Source of the DNA: Cenococcum geophilum
Taxonomy: Eukaryota
Reading direction: 5' to 3'
Length of the DNA stretch: 64,000 nt
NCBI GenBank assembly: GCA_050273025.1
Contig: CP158636.1
Coordinates: forward strand, 7,874,001-7,938,000
Part shown: in pieces, positions 24,172 to 34,983 of the stretch
Layout: every line of letters begins with the position of its first letter
Numbering within the stretch: position 1 is the stretch's first letter
Position numbers and translations under genes: made by a program
The notes under the pieces: model-generated
Seen by the model: the letters and a program-made list of their open reading frames with translations, nothing else
The model's database searches: none
Told to the model about the DNA's origin: nothing

Positions 24172-25815
24172 CTATCTCTGCTTGTAGACGCAAGGCTTCA
24201 GCACACTCCCCTCATTTCCCACGTCCCCCTCGTCCTCTACATTCCCCACAAACCGCGGTTTCCTATGCTTCATCCCACCACCTCTCGCTTCCTCCTCAGC
24301 CTTGGCGTTCTTGCCTCTCGTCGGCGCCACACCCTTGATAAACTGCATCTTCACAAACATCTTATTGCTCAAATCCACCGCACTCTTCTCCTCCCCATCA
24401 AGCACAAACCCCCGCCTTCGCAACACCTCCACGAAACCCGACACATCCATTTCCCGCCTCGCCCGATCAACCTCCACCCCATCCGCCTCCACCGCCAGCG
24501 CCTCCTCATCCTCACTCCCCTCCGCCCCCTCCACCACGCCCCTCTTCTTCCCCCCCGCCTTCGCCCCGCCCTTCCGCCGACTCCCAACACTATGCCCCAC
24601 CACCCCCTTCCCGCCCCCACCCTGGCCCACACGCCCAAACCGCGACTTAATCTCCGCAACCCACAGCTCCCCGCGCCACCTCAGCACGCGCCACGCCTCG
24701 TCCACAAAATCCAGCCAATTCGTCCCCATGAGCGCGAGGCAGAAGACCGCGACGTCCACGCTCGCGTCCGCAAGCGGCAGCGCCGCGACGTCCGCGACCG
24801 TGACGAGGGGCCCCGCGGGGCCGGCGGGCTGCGCGAGGTCGAAGGAGCGGATGCGGAGGTTGAGGGCGTGGAGGTGCGGCTGCAGGGCGAGGGCGAGGGT
24901 GGCGGCGCCGCAGCCGAGGTCGGCGAGGGTGGTGAGGTCGTTGAGGGCGCGGGGGAGGGGTTTGGGGGGATTACCGGCGGCTGCGACTGCTGCTGCTGCT
25001 GCTGCTGCTGCTGTTGGGTTGTTGTCGGTGGTGATGGCGGTGGCGGCGGGCTTCCCCTTGCGCTGCTGGCGCCGGCGCTCCTTCCAGGGGTCGCGGGCGC
25101 GGATCCGGCCGCGGGTTAGCACGGTGGCGATGTAGCTGTCGACGGGGTTTTCGGGCCATATGCTGACTTGTTGCGCGAAGCCGGTGTGGTATTCGGAGAA
25201 CATTTCGGGGTTGGAGCGGAAGAGGGCGAGGGAGGCGGCGGAGGGGGTTGTGTAGAGGGTTTCGTTGAGGTGGCGGAAGCGGGCGCTGGCGAGCTTGGCG
25301 CGCATGGAGAGTTGGAGGGGGGTTAGTTTTGCGGTGGGGTCAGTGGAGGGGGGAGGAGCCGGGGCCGGGGCGGAGGTGGCGGTCGGGGGGTTGGGCTTTT
25401 TGTCTTTCTTGGGCTTCTTTTTGGAGGGTTTGGATGGGTTGGCTGGTGGGGTGGGAGAGGAGGCTTGAGGCTTGTTGGATTTGGGGTCTTGTTCTGCGCT
25501 CTCGGTTTCGTTGATGGACACTTTACTCTCTTTGCTCTTTCTTTTCTTCTTTCCGATCCTCTCCTCGCTCTTCACCGTCTTTTCCACCTTCTTCCCTTCA
25601 ATATGCCTCTCCCACATCTCCGCCACATTCAAATTGGTCACTACAGGACCCAGGCCAATGCTGTTAACTCCACCATCCTTGCTCTTGCCATGACCTCTTT
25701 TCCGCTTCTTAGAGGATGCTGGTTCGTCTGCTCCATTCTGTGCTGTATTGGAATTGGGTGTGTCAGTCTGGGTTTGCAGTGCGGTAGAAACGTTCCAGCC
25801 GGGTACGGAGAACAT
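24172..25815 (-). CDS. RRP8: 25S rRNA adenine-N1 methyltransferase Rrp8
   Basis: Single-exon 547-aa ORF; ARFRHLNETLYT, WPENPVD, SAM motif LADLGCG, AVFCLALMGTNW and terminal LKPCVYKQR. Confidence 0.95.
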   Translation of the reverse strand: MFSVPGWNVSTALQTQTDTPNSNTAQNGADEPASSKKRKRGHGKSKDGGVNSIGLGPVVTNLNVAEMWERHIEGKKVEKTVKSEERIGKKKRKSKESKVSINETESAEQDPKSNKPQASSPTPPANPSKPSKKKPKKDKKPNPPTATSAPAPAPPPSTDPTAKLTPLQLSMRAKLASARFRHLNETLYTTPSAASLALFRSNPEMFSEYHTGFAQQVSIWPENPVDSYIATVLTRGRIRARDPWKERRRQQRKGKPAATAITTDNNPTAAAAAAAAVAAAGNPPKPLPRALNDLTTLADLGCGAATLALALQPHLHALNLRIRSFDLAQPAGPAGPLVTVADVAALPLADASVDVAVFCLALMGTNWLDFVDEAWRVLRWRGELWVAEIKSRFGRVGQGGGGKGVVGHSVGSRRKGGAKAGGKKRGVVEGAEGSEDEEALAVEADGVEVDRARREMDVSGFVEVLRRRGFVLDGEEKSAVDLSNKMFVKMQFIKGVAPTRGKNAKAEEEARGGGMKHRKPRFVGNVEDEGDVGNEGSVLKPCVYKQR

Positions 25816-25888
25816 GTTTGGCAGTGGAGAGGGTGGAGTGCAAGTATTGCTGGTGGAGTTTGGAGCTGGAAAGAAATTACCTTAATTA

Positions 25889-27699
25889 GCGGACAAATGT
25901 ATATCCGCAAGCGGATAAACGGTCTAAGGGACTTTCGCAGGGTTTGTTAAGCGGAACGTCTAAATTTGTATGGGAGATGCATATAATCTTTGACAAAATT
26001 GTTAAAGCCACCCACGTTAGGTCTAGAGGTGTATAGGCTTAAAATGATTGCAAGAGCCAGATCTATCAACGATAGATTTTTAGGCTTTATACATTAACTC
26101 GTTGCAACGTTATACTAGATTATATTCATAATAGCCACCCCAAAAGAACCTATCGTAGCCTAGCGGACATATAGCGTCTGCGCTGTGGTGTGTAACACCC
26201 ACTGACACCTCATCACGCGCCGACTACCAAGTCACAAATATCATCAAGAGCGGACATTGATTGGAGGTGAGTCTTCGGCAACGTTAGCGCCAGTATGCTG
26301 ATAATCGCTGGAGGGAGGTTATGCTGTGTTGCCAATTGCTTGATTACCTTTCTGACTTGTTAATATTGCCAGTCCACTTCGACGGGCCGGTTCTACTCAC
26401 ACAACAGAACAGTCTGATGAGCTTCTTCATGAATCCCTCTTTCGGTTCATTCACCGGCGCCCTCACCCCGGTCTGATGAGCCTGCGCGTTTCCCGTCATG
26501 GGGCTCTGTGCTTGGTTCATCCTGTTGCAAACCAAATTCAGCCGGCTGTTCTGGAACTGGGTCATCGTTGAACCCTCCGGTGGACCTGGCTCCGCTGGTA
26601 TTGTGACCTTCCTTAGAGCGTTCGGCCAATCCCACCTTCTGGCGGTTAAGCGTCTTATATCCGTCAATAAGCCCCAGGCCATGAAGCATTGATAGAACCC
26701 GACTCTTTACACCCGTGCCTTGAAGATGAAGACCAAGAAGCCGAGCAAAACAGTTAGCGGAGCTTCGAGCGCGGCCCAACGAAAGGATAGACGTAAGAAG
26801 AACAACCCGCCCTGGGTTCGGATTTCGCGATCCGTCACTTCTTGATTGTGCCGATAATCCTTCCAACAGTTGGCAGAGTAGAGGGGCATATTGGCTAATC
26901 ATCTCATAGCCCTGCGAGAGTTGAACGTCTTCAAACTCCAGATCTGACTTCCATGGGCCAAAGATAACCGTCTTCTGCTGAAGATCACGAAGCTCTTCAC
27001 GAAGGATATTTACGACCGCATCAACTAGTTCCGAATGAATATCCGCAGCCTCCCCAATCGCATTACGAGTTTCTTCGTCCCCTAAAAGGGTAGTAATAAG
27101 CGCCTTTGCCTTCCTCTTTTTCGCACGTCGTCTTTTACCAGCACCAAGCTGTAGCCATGCCAAAGTGAGGTCACCGAAGGACCATCGCCAGTCCCGTAAA
27201 TGCCCTACAACAACTCTAACCTTCTCTTCCTTTGTTACTGGGCGCGATATCCGTTCGGCGGATGCCCCAGTTGGGGTTTGTATAGGCGTCCGCTGGTTAA
27301 CTAGTATTGTGTTTGTAGTGGGGGTGGCCGATTCAATTATTGACCCATTATCTGTTCGGCGGCGCTTTCTAGTCAACATCGCGGGGGCGGACGGGGTAGA
27401 CATTTATCGATTCTAGAGCTGGTTCTGTGGATCAATTTGACGGTATTTTTGAGATGAGAGCTGTTGTGGGGGTGTATCAATTTCGTTGAAAAAGGTGACC
27501 GCTCTACGTGCGCTAGACCATCCCTTAACACGCTAAGACCAAGTGGTCCGTGTAGAACACCAGAATCAAAACAACGCGTATGGCCTTGTTTAATTGATTT
27601 AATTGGCTAGCTCTTATCGATAACAGTAGGACGCAAACCAGAATTGACTTTTGACCAAAAAGGTTAGCGATATCCGCTTTCGGATATACGTATGTCCGC
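25889..27699 (-). mobile_element. TIR element (probable internally deleted DNA transposon, DUF6589/Academ-like)
   Basis: 29-bp imperfect TIRs GCGGACAWAYGTATATCCGMAAGCGGATA (3 mismatches); partial second copy at ~17.8 kb; TSD not resolved. Confidence 0.7.
26447..27403 (-). CDS. Truncated transposase-like protein resembling the N-terminal region of DUF6589-containing proteins
   Basis: Open 318-aa ORF inside the TIRs; basic NLS-like tracts; segment ANCFARLLGLHLQGTGVKSRVLSMLHGLGLIDGYKTL; ends in an unrelated acidic tail with no catalytic core. Confidence 0.55.
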   Translation of the reverse strand: MSTPSAPAMLTRKRRRTDNGSIIESATPTTNTILVNQRTPIQTPTGASAERISRPVTKEEKVRVVVGHLRDWRWSFGDLTLAWLQLGAGKRRRAKKRKAKALITTLLGDEETRNAIGEAADIHSELVDAVVNILREELRDLQQKTVIFGPWKSDLEFEDVQLSQGYEMISQYAPLLCQLLEGLSAQSRSDGSRNPNPGRVVLLTSILSLGRARSSANCFARLLGLHLQGTGVKSRVLSMLHGLGLIDGYKTLNRQKVGLAERSKEGHNTSGARSTGGFNDDPVPEQPAEFGLQQDEPSTEPHDGKRAGSSDRGEGAGE

Positions 27700-27959
27700 A
27701 AATTTAAGTTCGGAGGCGAGTTTTTCCGGTTATCTAGGGCGGTTCTTCCCTATTACAAGAACGGGGAAGAGCAACTCAAGATACGGTTATCACGGCTCCA
27801 TGTTAAATCAGAATTTCTAATTTGCAGATACGTTGATGTCCGAAGGCGAAATGGATACCACTGTGGCAAGAAGAGCAAGTCTCGTAAGGGGTCTCGATAT
27901 CATCACTGCACGGCAGCGCCATGAAATCCATTTCTCTCAGTTAAAGACCAAGGAATCCA

Positions 27960-28280
27960 CCGAGGACTTTGGGTCACTGCAAATTCAGTCACTAAAATTT
28001 CTTTGTCCTATTCTTCGATTCCAAGCCTTTCAGCATGAGCGTGGTCAATTGAACGTCTCCATCACTGGTACCTCTAACTTTTCAGCCTCATTCTACGGTC
28101 CTTGATTCCTGTACATCAACCCCAGGCTGGCCATCTAATAAGCGTTCCCGGATGCTCTAGCCCAAGAACCTTCTCAGATACTTCGAGATCCCACCGGTGC
28201 GTCACTTCGGCCTCTTCGTACTTGCCCTGCATCGACAACACCAACCCAGGGTTACTGGCGCTAATGAGCGTGCCTGTGAC
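27960..28280 (-). pseudogene. TPR-repeat (kinesin-light-chain-like, fungal NLR-type) gene relic
   Basis: LVLSMQGKYEEAEVTHRWDLEVSEKVLGLEHPGTL, then after a frameshift MASLGLMYRNQGP*NEAEKLEVPVMETF. Confidence 0.75.
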
Positions 28281-28304
28281 GGCTAAACAGGTGACCTGAA
28301 AGTA

Positions 28305-31300
28305 ATCAAGAACTAGCGACAAGCTCTTTACTCTAGGTATCCATGAGACCAGAACGACGATTGGGAGCACAAGCGTGGCAACTTGCACGCTGACCCAAGG
28401 GCAATACCGATCGCAAGGTCTGCTTTCCGTGAAAGCCATAACTACCGCCGTCCAATGCTCCACTAAATTGCCAACGAAGGGAATTACGATCAGCCCTTGG
28501 AACATTTTCAACGCATGGAAGTTTATATTTCCCACAATGAAGTATGCATGAAAGGCGACTAGCGTTGTGGTAACCACCATGGCGATTGCTGCGCCAATGA
28601 CTGTGAGTTCTGGGTCATCAGTCTCCACTGTCTTGCTGTGTCTTGTCACTGCCTCCGCATCCGTCGCACGTTGTGAGGGCGTTCTAGCTGAGACGGACAT
28701 ACTTGCGGATGAATGGTAGTGCTGGAAACAGAAATAGCAGACGTAGGTACAGATCAGCAGAACCGATAGGGCATTTGAAATTCTCGCGGATAATACGTCG
28801 CCAGCTTGTGGAGGTTAGTATATAACGTTGAGTATTACAGAAAGTGACTGACCACTGGAGAGTTTGCAGGTTATTGTGGCAAGCAAAGTCACGGAAGTGC
28901 AGAGGCAAAGCAAGCTTAACAAAATTTGAGTCGTAGTATTGTCCAACCGCTACGCCGCATACCGAATATGGCCTACATAATGCCATGCCCAAAACTAAAA
29001 GTGAGTTTGCTGGTAATGTGAAGCTGCCCATGGAGTCTTGACAATCAACATCAGAGATAACTGTTCTACCAGAGATACCAATGCAGGCATTCTCGTTTCT
29101 CAAAGTAAACCGACGGCATCAGGAATATCAAGAATCACGCAGCGCATGTACATGGCATGCAGTATCCCAATTAAAGATCTAATTATTAGAGGTCTAGAGC
29201 GCACTCGGGTTGGAACGTAATGTTCATGGCAAAAGGCGTTCAGCCTGCGCCTTCTCCGGAGAGACATGTTCCTTTCTAACATAGCCTTCAGCCGCCTCGG
29301 AAACGGTTCCGCCAACGGCAACCTGCTTCCTTCCTACCCTGTCGACCCACTTTCTCGAAGACTGCTCGTCGTGAACGCTTCCGTCCCCCTCTACAACAGA
29401 CCTATATACGTGCCCTGCCAGAACTCTCCCAACCGAAGTCTTGTTAAGGTATTTGCGCATTTTAGACGGCCCGGTGCGGCCGAAGACGATGAAGCACAGC
29501 ATTAGGGAGCATATGCAGACTGCGACGAAAAGCAATATAATAGCGGGAACGGCGTAGCGAAGATGATACCTGATCTCTCTTTGGTAGAGAATCACGGGCC
29601 AGGTGTTTGCATCATTGCTTGCCGAATCGTTTGCGCGTTTTGCCTTGGACCCGTTGCTTGTTGCGGCGTTCCTTGTTCCTGCTACTGCGTTCGCCGCGGC
29701 GTCGGTCCAGATAAGATTAAGTATTTTGGCTGCCGTGGCTGGGGTGCGAGAGAGGTCCCGCCATAGGCGATACATAGCATAGTTGGACTGCCCTGAGTAG
29801 TCCGACTCATCATCTACGTCGTAGGCGGCTCCGAGGGCGTCGCAGTAGAAATCCACCCCAGGGAGGTTCTGATAGGTCTTGGGTACAAACTCTCCGAAAA
29901 CGACATACCCCGGCAGCATGAAGGACTCTTTCTGAATGGTGGAGAGATTGAAGCCCGCCTGGCTTTCAGGCTTGACCAGGCCCCACAATGGGTTCACGTC
30001 GCGGAGGTACATTCCAGTGTTCTCAACCGCCCAGATTGGCTTGGAGTCTTCGTTAGGATAGTTCTTCTCAACGAGATTAGTCACTATGAGGCTAGAGAGG
30101 TCATCGCTGCCGTTGAAGCGGAAGGAGACGGTCTTGATCGACGCCCTGGCGGCAGAGACGCACGAGTACATGGGGATCGTCCAGCTGGAACCGGGTTCGG
30201 ACACCAGCGACTGGGTACCATCCTGGCGTCGAGGTGCCCCGTACAGCAGTCCGCACTGTGTGGCGAAATTTGTGATGTTTGCGGCGTCCATGCCCTCCGG
30301 TCCACAGAAAACTGCAAGATTGTTAGAAGAAACCGAAAGATAGCCAAGCCATATATTGAGCAGACTCACCATTCTCGAAGCCGATATTAAAGGGGTTCGG
30401 ATATAACGGTGGCTCGGCCGTGGAGTTGCTACCTAAACTTTCTTTATCTGTCCCGTCCAGATAATAACCCCACAACGACGAGGTCGTGATCTTGTTGGTT
30501 CCTATCGCCAATAAATGCGTGCTAGAGCCATTCCTCTGGAGCGGGAATGCCTTCCCTACAAAAGAATTGAGGTATTCAAATGCGTGAGAGCCCGGAACAC
30601 TTTTGTTGGCGGGTGCAGTCACGTTCAGAAAGAACATGGAGTAAACATTATTGAGGAACGCTGCCTTGTATGCGCGACGCCAAAGATCGGGATTTTCCTG
30701 CATATCACCCATCTCCCAGGTGGGATATTTGTGGTCGATATTCGAGAAGCCTCCTCGGTCCGTTAACACTAAGTTGACAATTGTTGAGGTACCTTCGGAT
30801 GTCGTTTCCGGTATCGAAAAGTCTAGAGTCAGGTTGGTATCTACACAGTGTCTGCGGTTGGATGAAGAGTATGTCTTCAGACCAGGTGCTCGCATACTCT
30901 CGCGGCGGAGGGGCGCTATGATTTCGAAAGCCGATGCCGCCATCCCTCGTATCAACGATCAGCCCTTCCACTAGCAGAATCTCGTCGTCCATCGTGATCG
31001 TTGAGATGTGTTGGTAGGCGCCAATGGGGTACGCCGTGCCGTTATCAATCGGAAGGGCTCCATCCTGATCGTCAGGCTGCGATAAAGTATAGTATCTCCA
31101 TTCAATGTCGAACACGCTCGAGACGGTCTTGTTCATGGTGGACAATCCACTCTGAAACACATCAATTACATCCTGAGGAACGTGAGAACTGTACCAGTCC
31201 GCCTGCACGTAGTCGCCTGTTTCATTGGATACGATAGTTACATTGTTAGGTGAATTCGGACACCCGAGACGAACGAGTGATCCACAAATTCGGCTCCATG

Positions 31301-32514
31301 GAAGATTGTTCCGCGCCAGAGTCCCATAGCCGAAGGGAGAACTGTCCTGGAGGTAGTGGAATACTTGTTGTGATGGGTTTTTCGCAGGACCTACGCTCTC
31401 ATACAAGCCGAGAGGCGTAACAACACCAGTTATTGCGACAAGAACGGTTGCGAGACTCTGTAGCCACGAGAGCATCCAAACCTCACTGCGGACCCCCCGA
31501 TTCGTCGCAGAGTCTGTTTGGAGGATGGCAGGCCAATACGATGAATGAAGCAGACGACCAATAACGGACCTAAAGAACAATCAGTGCGACGGTTTTTGGA
31601 AAACGCTATATTGGCATACCATGTAACAGCGGAAGCGGTGACTGTCGAATTCTTTTCCTTTAGCAGGCCGACGAGCACTAACGGTATTGCGACAGCAATA
31701 AGTAGCTGAACTGGAACCATGTCAGAGCGAATTGCCGACCATACGACGTTGCCAGTACGGAGGACGGAGCCAAAATGGATTTCCCCCCATAAGGTGCCTA
31801 TGAGGCTGCTGAGATTTTAAGGAAAGAGAAATCCATTTTTGGGCCGTCCTCCGTACGATGCATAAACACTGAACGCACCTACAAAAAGGCCGGCCGCAAT
31901 CATGCCAGAAACATACCCAACCGTCAGATCGTGAACTTGCACCATGATGTCCGGGTGCCAATAACGACGTGGAGAAATGCAGTGAAGCTGTACGTCGCGG
32001 CAGTGAGGACCGCCAAACGCCCGACCTTTTTTAAATGTTCAATGACCCCTTTTTGAACAGTCCTGTCACTTTACGAGGAGAGGGTTCGATTTGGCGCCGC
32101 TGCTTGATTCATCGTGTAATACTAACCCTCTTCAGCTGAGCTGAGGTGTCTTGCATCGATGCGTGTCGAGCACTACTAAATTTAGTTAGATTTCAAACCG
32201 ATCGATTGGATGAATTTGTATGCAGGAGTGCCGAAGTCTGAGCGCACGATTCCCAAATACGAAAAGGCAACAGCATCGTGCACGGCCCTCCCCGGCTCCT
32301 AACATGGTTGTTCGCCTGAGCTAAAGCTAAGTTTTGGCCAAGCCTGCTACGGGCTTAGCCACCTTCAAGACCAGTTCAGATTAAATAGCGTGATGACATT
32401 CAAACAACCTGCTGTACTTAGCAGCTTAAGGTTCTCACGCGTTACGGGCACTAGCGGGGGGGGGGTGGCCGACCCATACTAGCCACACCCTTGTGGATCA
32501 AGAACTAGCGACAA
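28305..32514. repeat. Exact 18-bp direct repeats ATCAAGAACTAGCGACAA bracketing a 4.2-kb segment
   Basis: Copies at 28305-28322 and 32497-32514. Confidence 0.85.
29224..31945 (-). CDS. Uncharacterised fungal membrane glycoprotein, one apparent frameshift (~30850)
   Basis: Exons 31945-31879, 31710-31620, 31569-30370 and 30311-29224 with canonical introns; N-terminal TMs (LTVGYVSGMIAAGLFVVQLL), many N-x-S/T sites and a C-terminal TM. WSEDILFIQPQT and CVDTNLTLDF lie in different frames. Confidence 0.75.
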
Positions 32515-34210
32515 TTCCGGTGGCGGTGCAGCGTTGGAGTAGATCTGGGAAGGGCCTTGTAACGGGCTCTCCGAAAAGGTACATCAGCTGAGACACGGTC
32601 AGACAGATGAGGGTCCTAGAGGAGACATAGTCAGATAGATAAGGGGCGAAAGATTTTACTAGTGTCTCAGAAGGATCATAAAAGAAGCTGGCTCTCTTCT
32701 AGAAAAGAACCAGCGGTTAGTCTCTGAATAGAAGAGGTCGAAAAGCGTCGATCCAGGTCGGATTTTAGTGATTACCCTGTTCCTGTTCTAGTTGCCTACA
32801 TTTTATGACATCATACTGTTTCTATTACCTTTCCATTGCCTATTACCTAGTGTCTTCCGATCGACAGAAAGCAATTGCCCTTTAAACACGCAACGTGCAT
32901 CCTACATTCGAACTACCTGTGACTCTCATTCGATGCTGTCGATTAGATATCCACACGTTCCAGTCGGAAGCCTTACCGGCCTCTTACAGGCCTTAACCGG
33001 AATGCAGGGTATTAGAAGCTATCCCGGGTGCGGCATAGACAAAAGCCAAGAGCTACAGGAGGATCGTGCGGCGAGAATTCCTGGAGTGCACACGCAGGAA
33101 CCAAGGCTCTAGGTGGTTAGGGAGGGATACTTGGCCTCGCTTTTCCGTGCATTGGAAACTAAATATTTATATCTCGTTTGATTATTACACTGTCCTGCGT
33201 TAAAATAGGAATCACTTTTAGTGATAAAACAGTCGGACCCGCTTATCATACTATTTTAGATTCGTGGACAACTAAATTTTAGATTCTTAATAAACCACTC
33301 ACAAAACCCCTGGTAACTCTAATTGTAAAAGGAATCCTGCCAGTAAAATCCGGGCCGACATTATTTACAACTCCTCTACCTGCCAAGTTAATGCAGACTT
33401 GACGCATGCCCATAGAGAATCAAGCCACACCTCAGCACTTATGTAAGGAGCTTCTTGTGGCTCTCTAGGTCCATTGTGAGCACTACCGCCTTTATTCGTA
33501 GGAGGCTTTCCCTTCTATGCCTGGCGAAGGTTGGTTCTTTATCTTGTCTTTGCAATACCTGCTCTCTGCTTCACGGGCTGCCGTCCTAGTTTCCTTATTA
33601 TCTTCATCCTCCTCTCTAATTATACCAATTCAGGTACAAGTTATTCTTTTGTCCCGAATAGCCCAAACATATTGAATTATGAAGCTTTACGTAGTGGCGG
33701 GATCTATTTTATCATTGGATAAAAACAACTTAAGGGGGCACTCCTCAATTTCGGCTGGCTTTTCCCTTACATAAACCACAAAGCATTAAGTAATCACCTA
33801 CTACCTGTATGCTATACTCGCAGAAGCGCATCTAGGAAAGTATTAGTATGCTACGGGAGCTGTAGTCATACGTGGGAATAAGTGAAACAATAAGACTCAC
33901 CCAGTCCACTATTGCCATAACTTGCTTGCGTAGTATTCCATGTAAGCTTTTGCAGAGATGATTCTTATGGTGCGGTCTCCACGAATTGGATTTCGGCGAG
34001 TTATAGCAGCGCGTTCACCGCTATAGATCCTTGAGATAATATATCCTCTAGTAGGCCACATTATGAGAAGTTTTGTCACCCAAGCAACGGCAAAGGCCTT
34101 CATTCGCGTGCCAAGCCTCCAAAAATGCTGGTTCACAACTAGTATAGGACTTGGTAAGATGGTCGAGGTCTACATAGCTAATTATAGAGGAGTCTACATA
34201 TTGGATAAGT

Positions 34211-34450
34211 TGTTAAACGGACGATTAGGAATAAGAACTCTGTCTATTAATAAGGGCTCTAGAAGCTCTTTATATACATTAGGTAGGTCTAGGTGACTAA
34301 GTCAAAATAGGTAATAGAGGATAGGTAATGAGACATTCGATGAGACATTTAGTTATAAGTTGAGAGACAACTAAGACATAGTTCGTATAGACGATCTAGG
34401 TCGTCAGACAGTATTACGATGGTGGTAAGGAACTCCGATTCAGGTCGACA
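34211..34450. mobile_element. Solo LTR
   Basis: TGTTAAAC...GGTCGACA, 240 bp, TSD TAAGT on both sides. Confidence 0.9.
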
Positions 34451-34983
34451 TAAGTGGAGGAGGTTGGATAATGGGATTGTCGCTTCTTGGAAGACGAGGT
34501 CTTGGTAATCCGCCCCTTATGTAGCATCGTGGAGCAGTACGCAGGCAAGGGGAGTTGGTCGGTACGGCGCAACTGTGTCTGTCAGTTTGAACGCTCGCTA
34601 GGCAATACTGGAAGCATTAAGGGGGGAGCTCAAGGTTGATATGAAAGAGGTTATAAAAGATGCAAAAGGAAGATGAACAACATATCGATTGGGTGTTCTT
34701 ACCTCGCATACTCTATTTGGACATAGAGAATATCTGCGCATAAGACTGCTAGGGTGATTATTTTTTGGTGGAAGTGATAAGTTGTTTTGTCGACGTAGTG
34801 CCAATCACTACTGTATTAGGGTTAGATCAGGGGTGTCTATGACTCGTCCATCATGTATATATAGCCTCATTTTCTTCGTAGATCAATCTTCACACGAGTT
34901 CTTCTTTCCTGACATCTGCGCACGGACTTCCGGTTGACATGTTTCTATCAGCCGGATTGGTAGGATAAAGACGACGTGCTCTA

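Noticed and set aside
24985..25015. (TGC)n microsatellite
   Set aside because: Ordinary poly-Ala tract within RRP8
24067..25135. Long + strand ORFs (350 and 277 aa)
   Set aside because: Antisense shadows of GC-rich RRP8
32558..32810. Possible LTR (TGTAACGG...ATGACA after a purine tract)
   Set aside because: No TSD and no partner copy in the window
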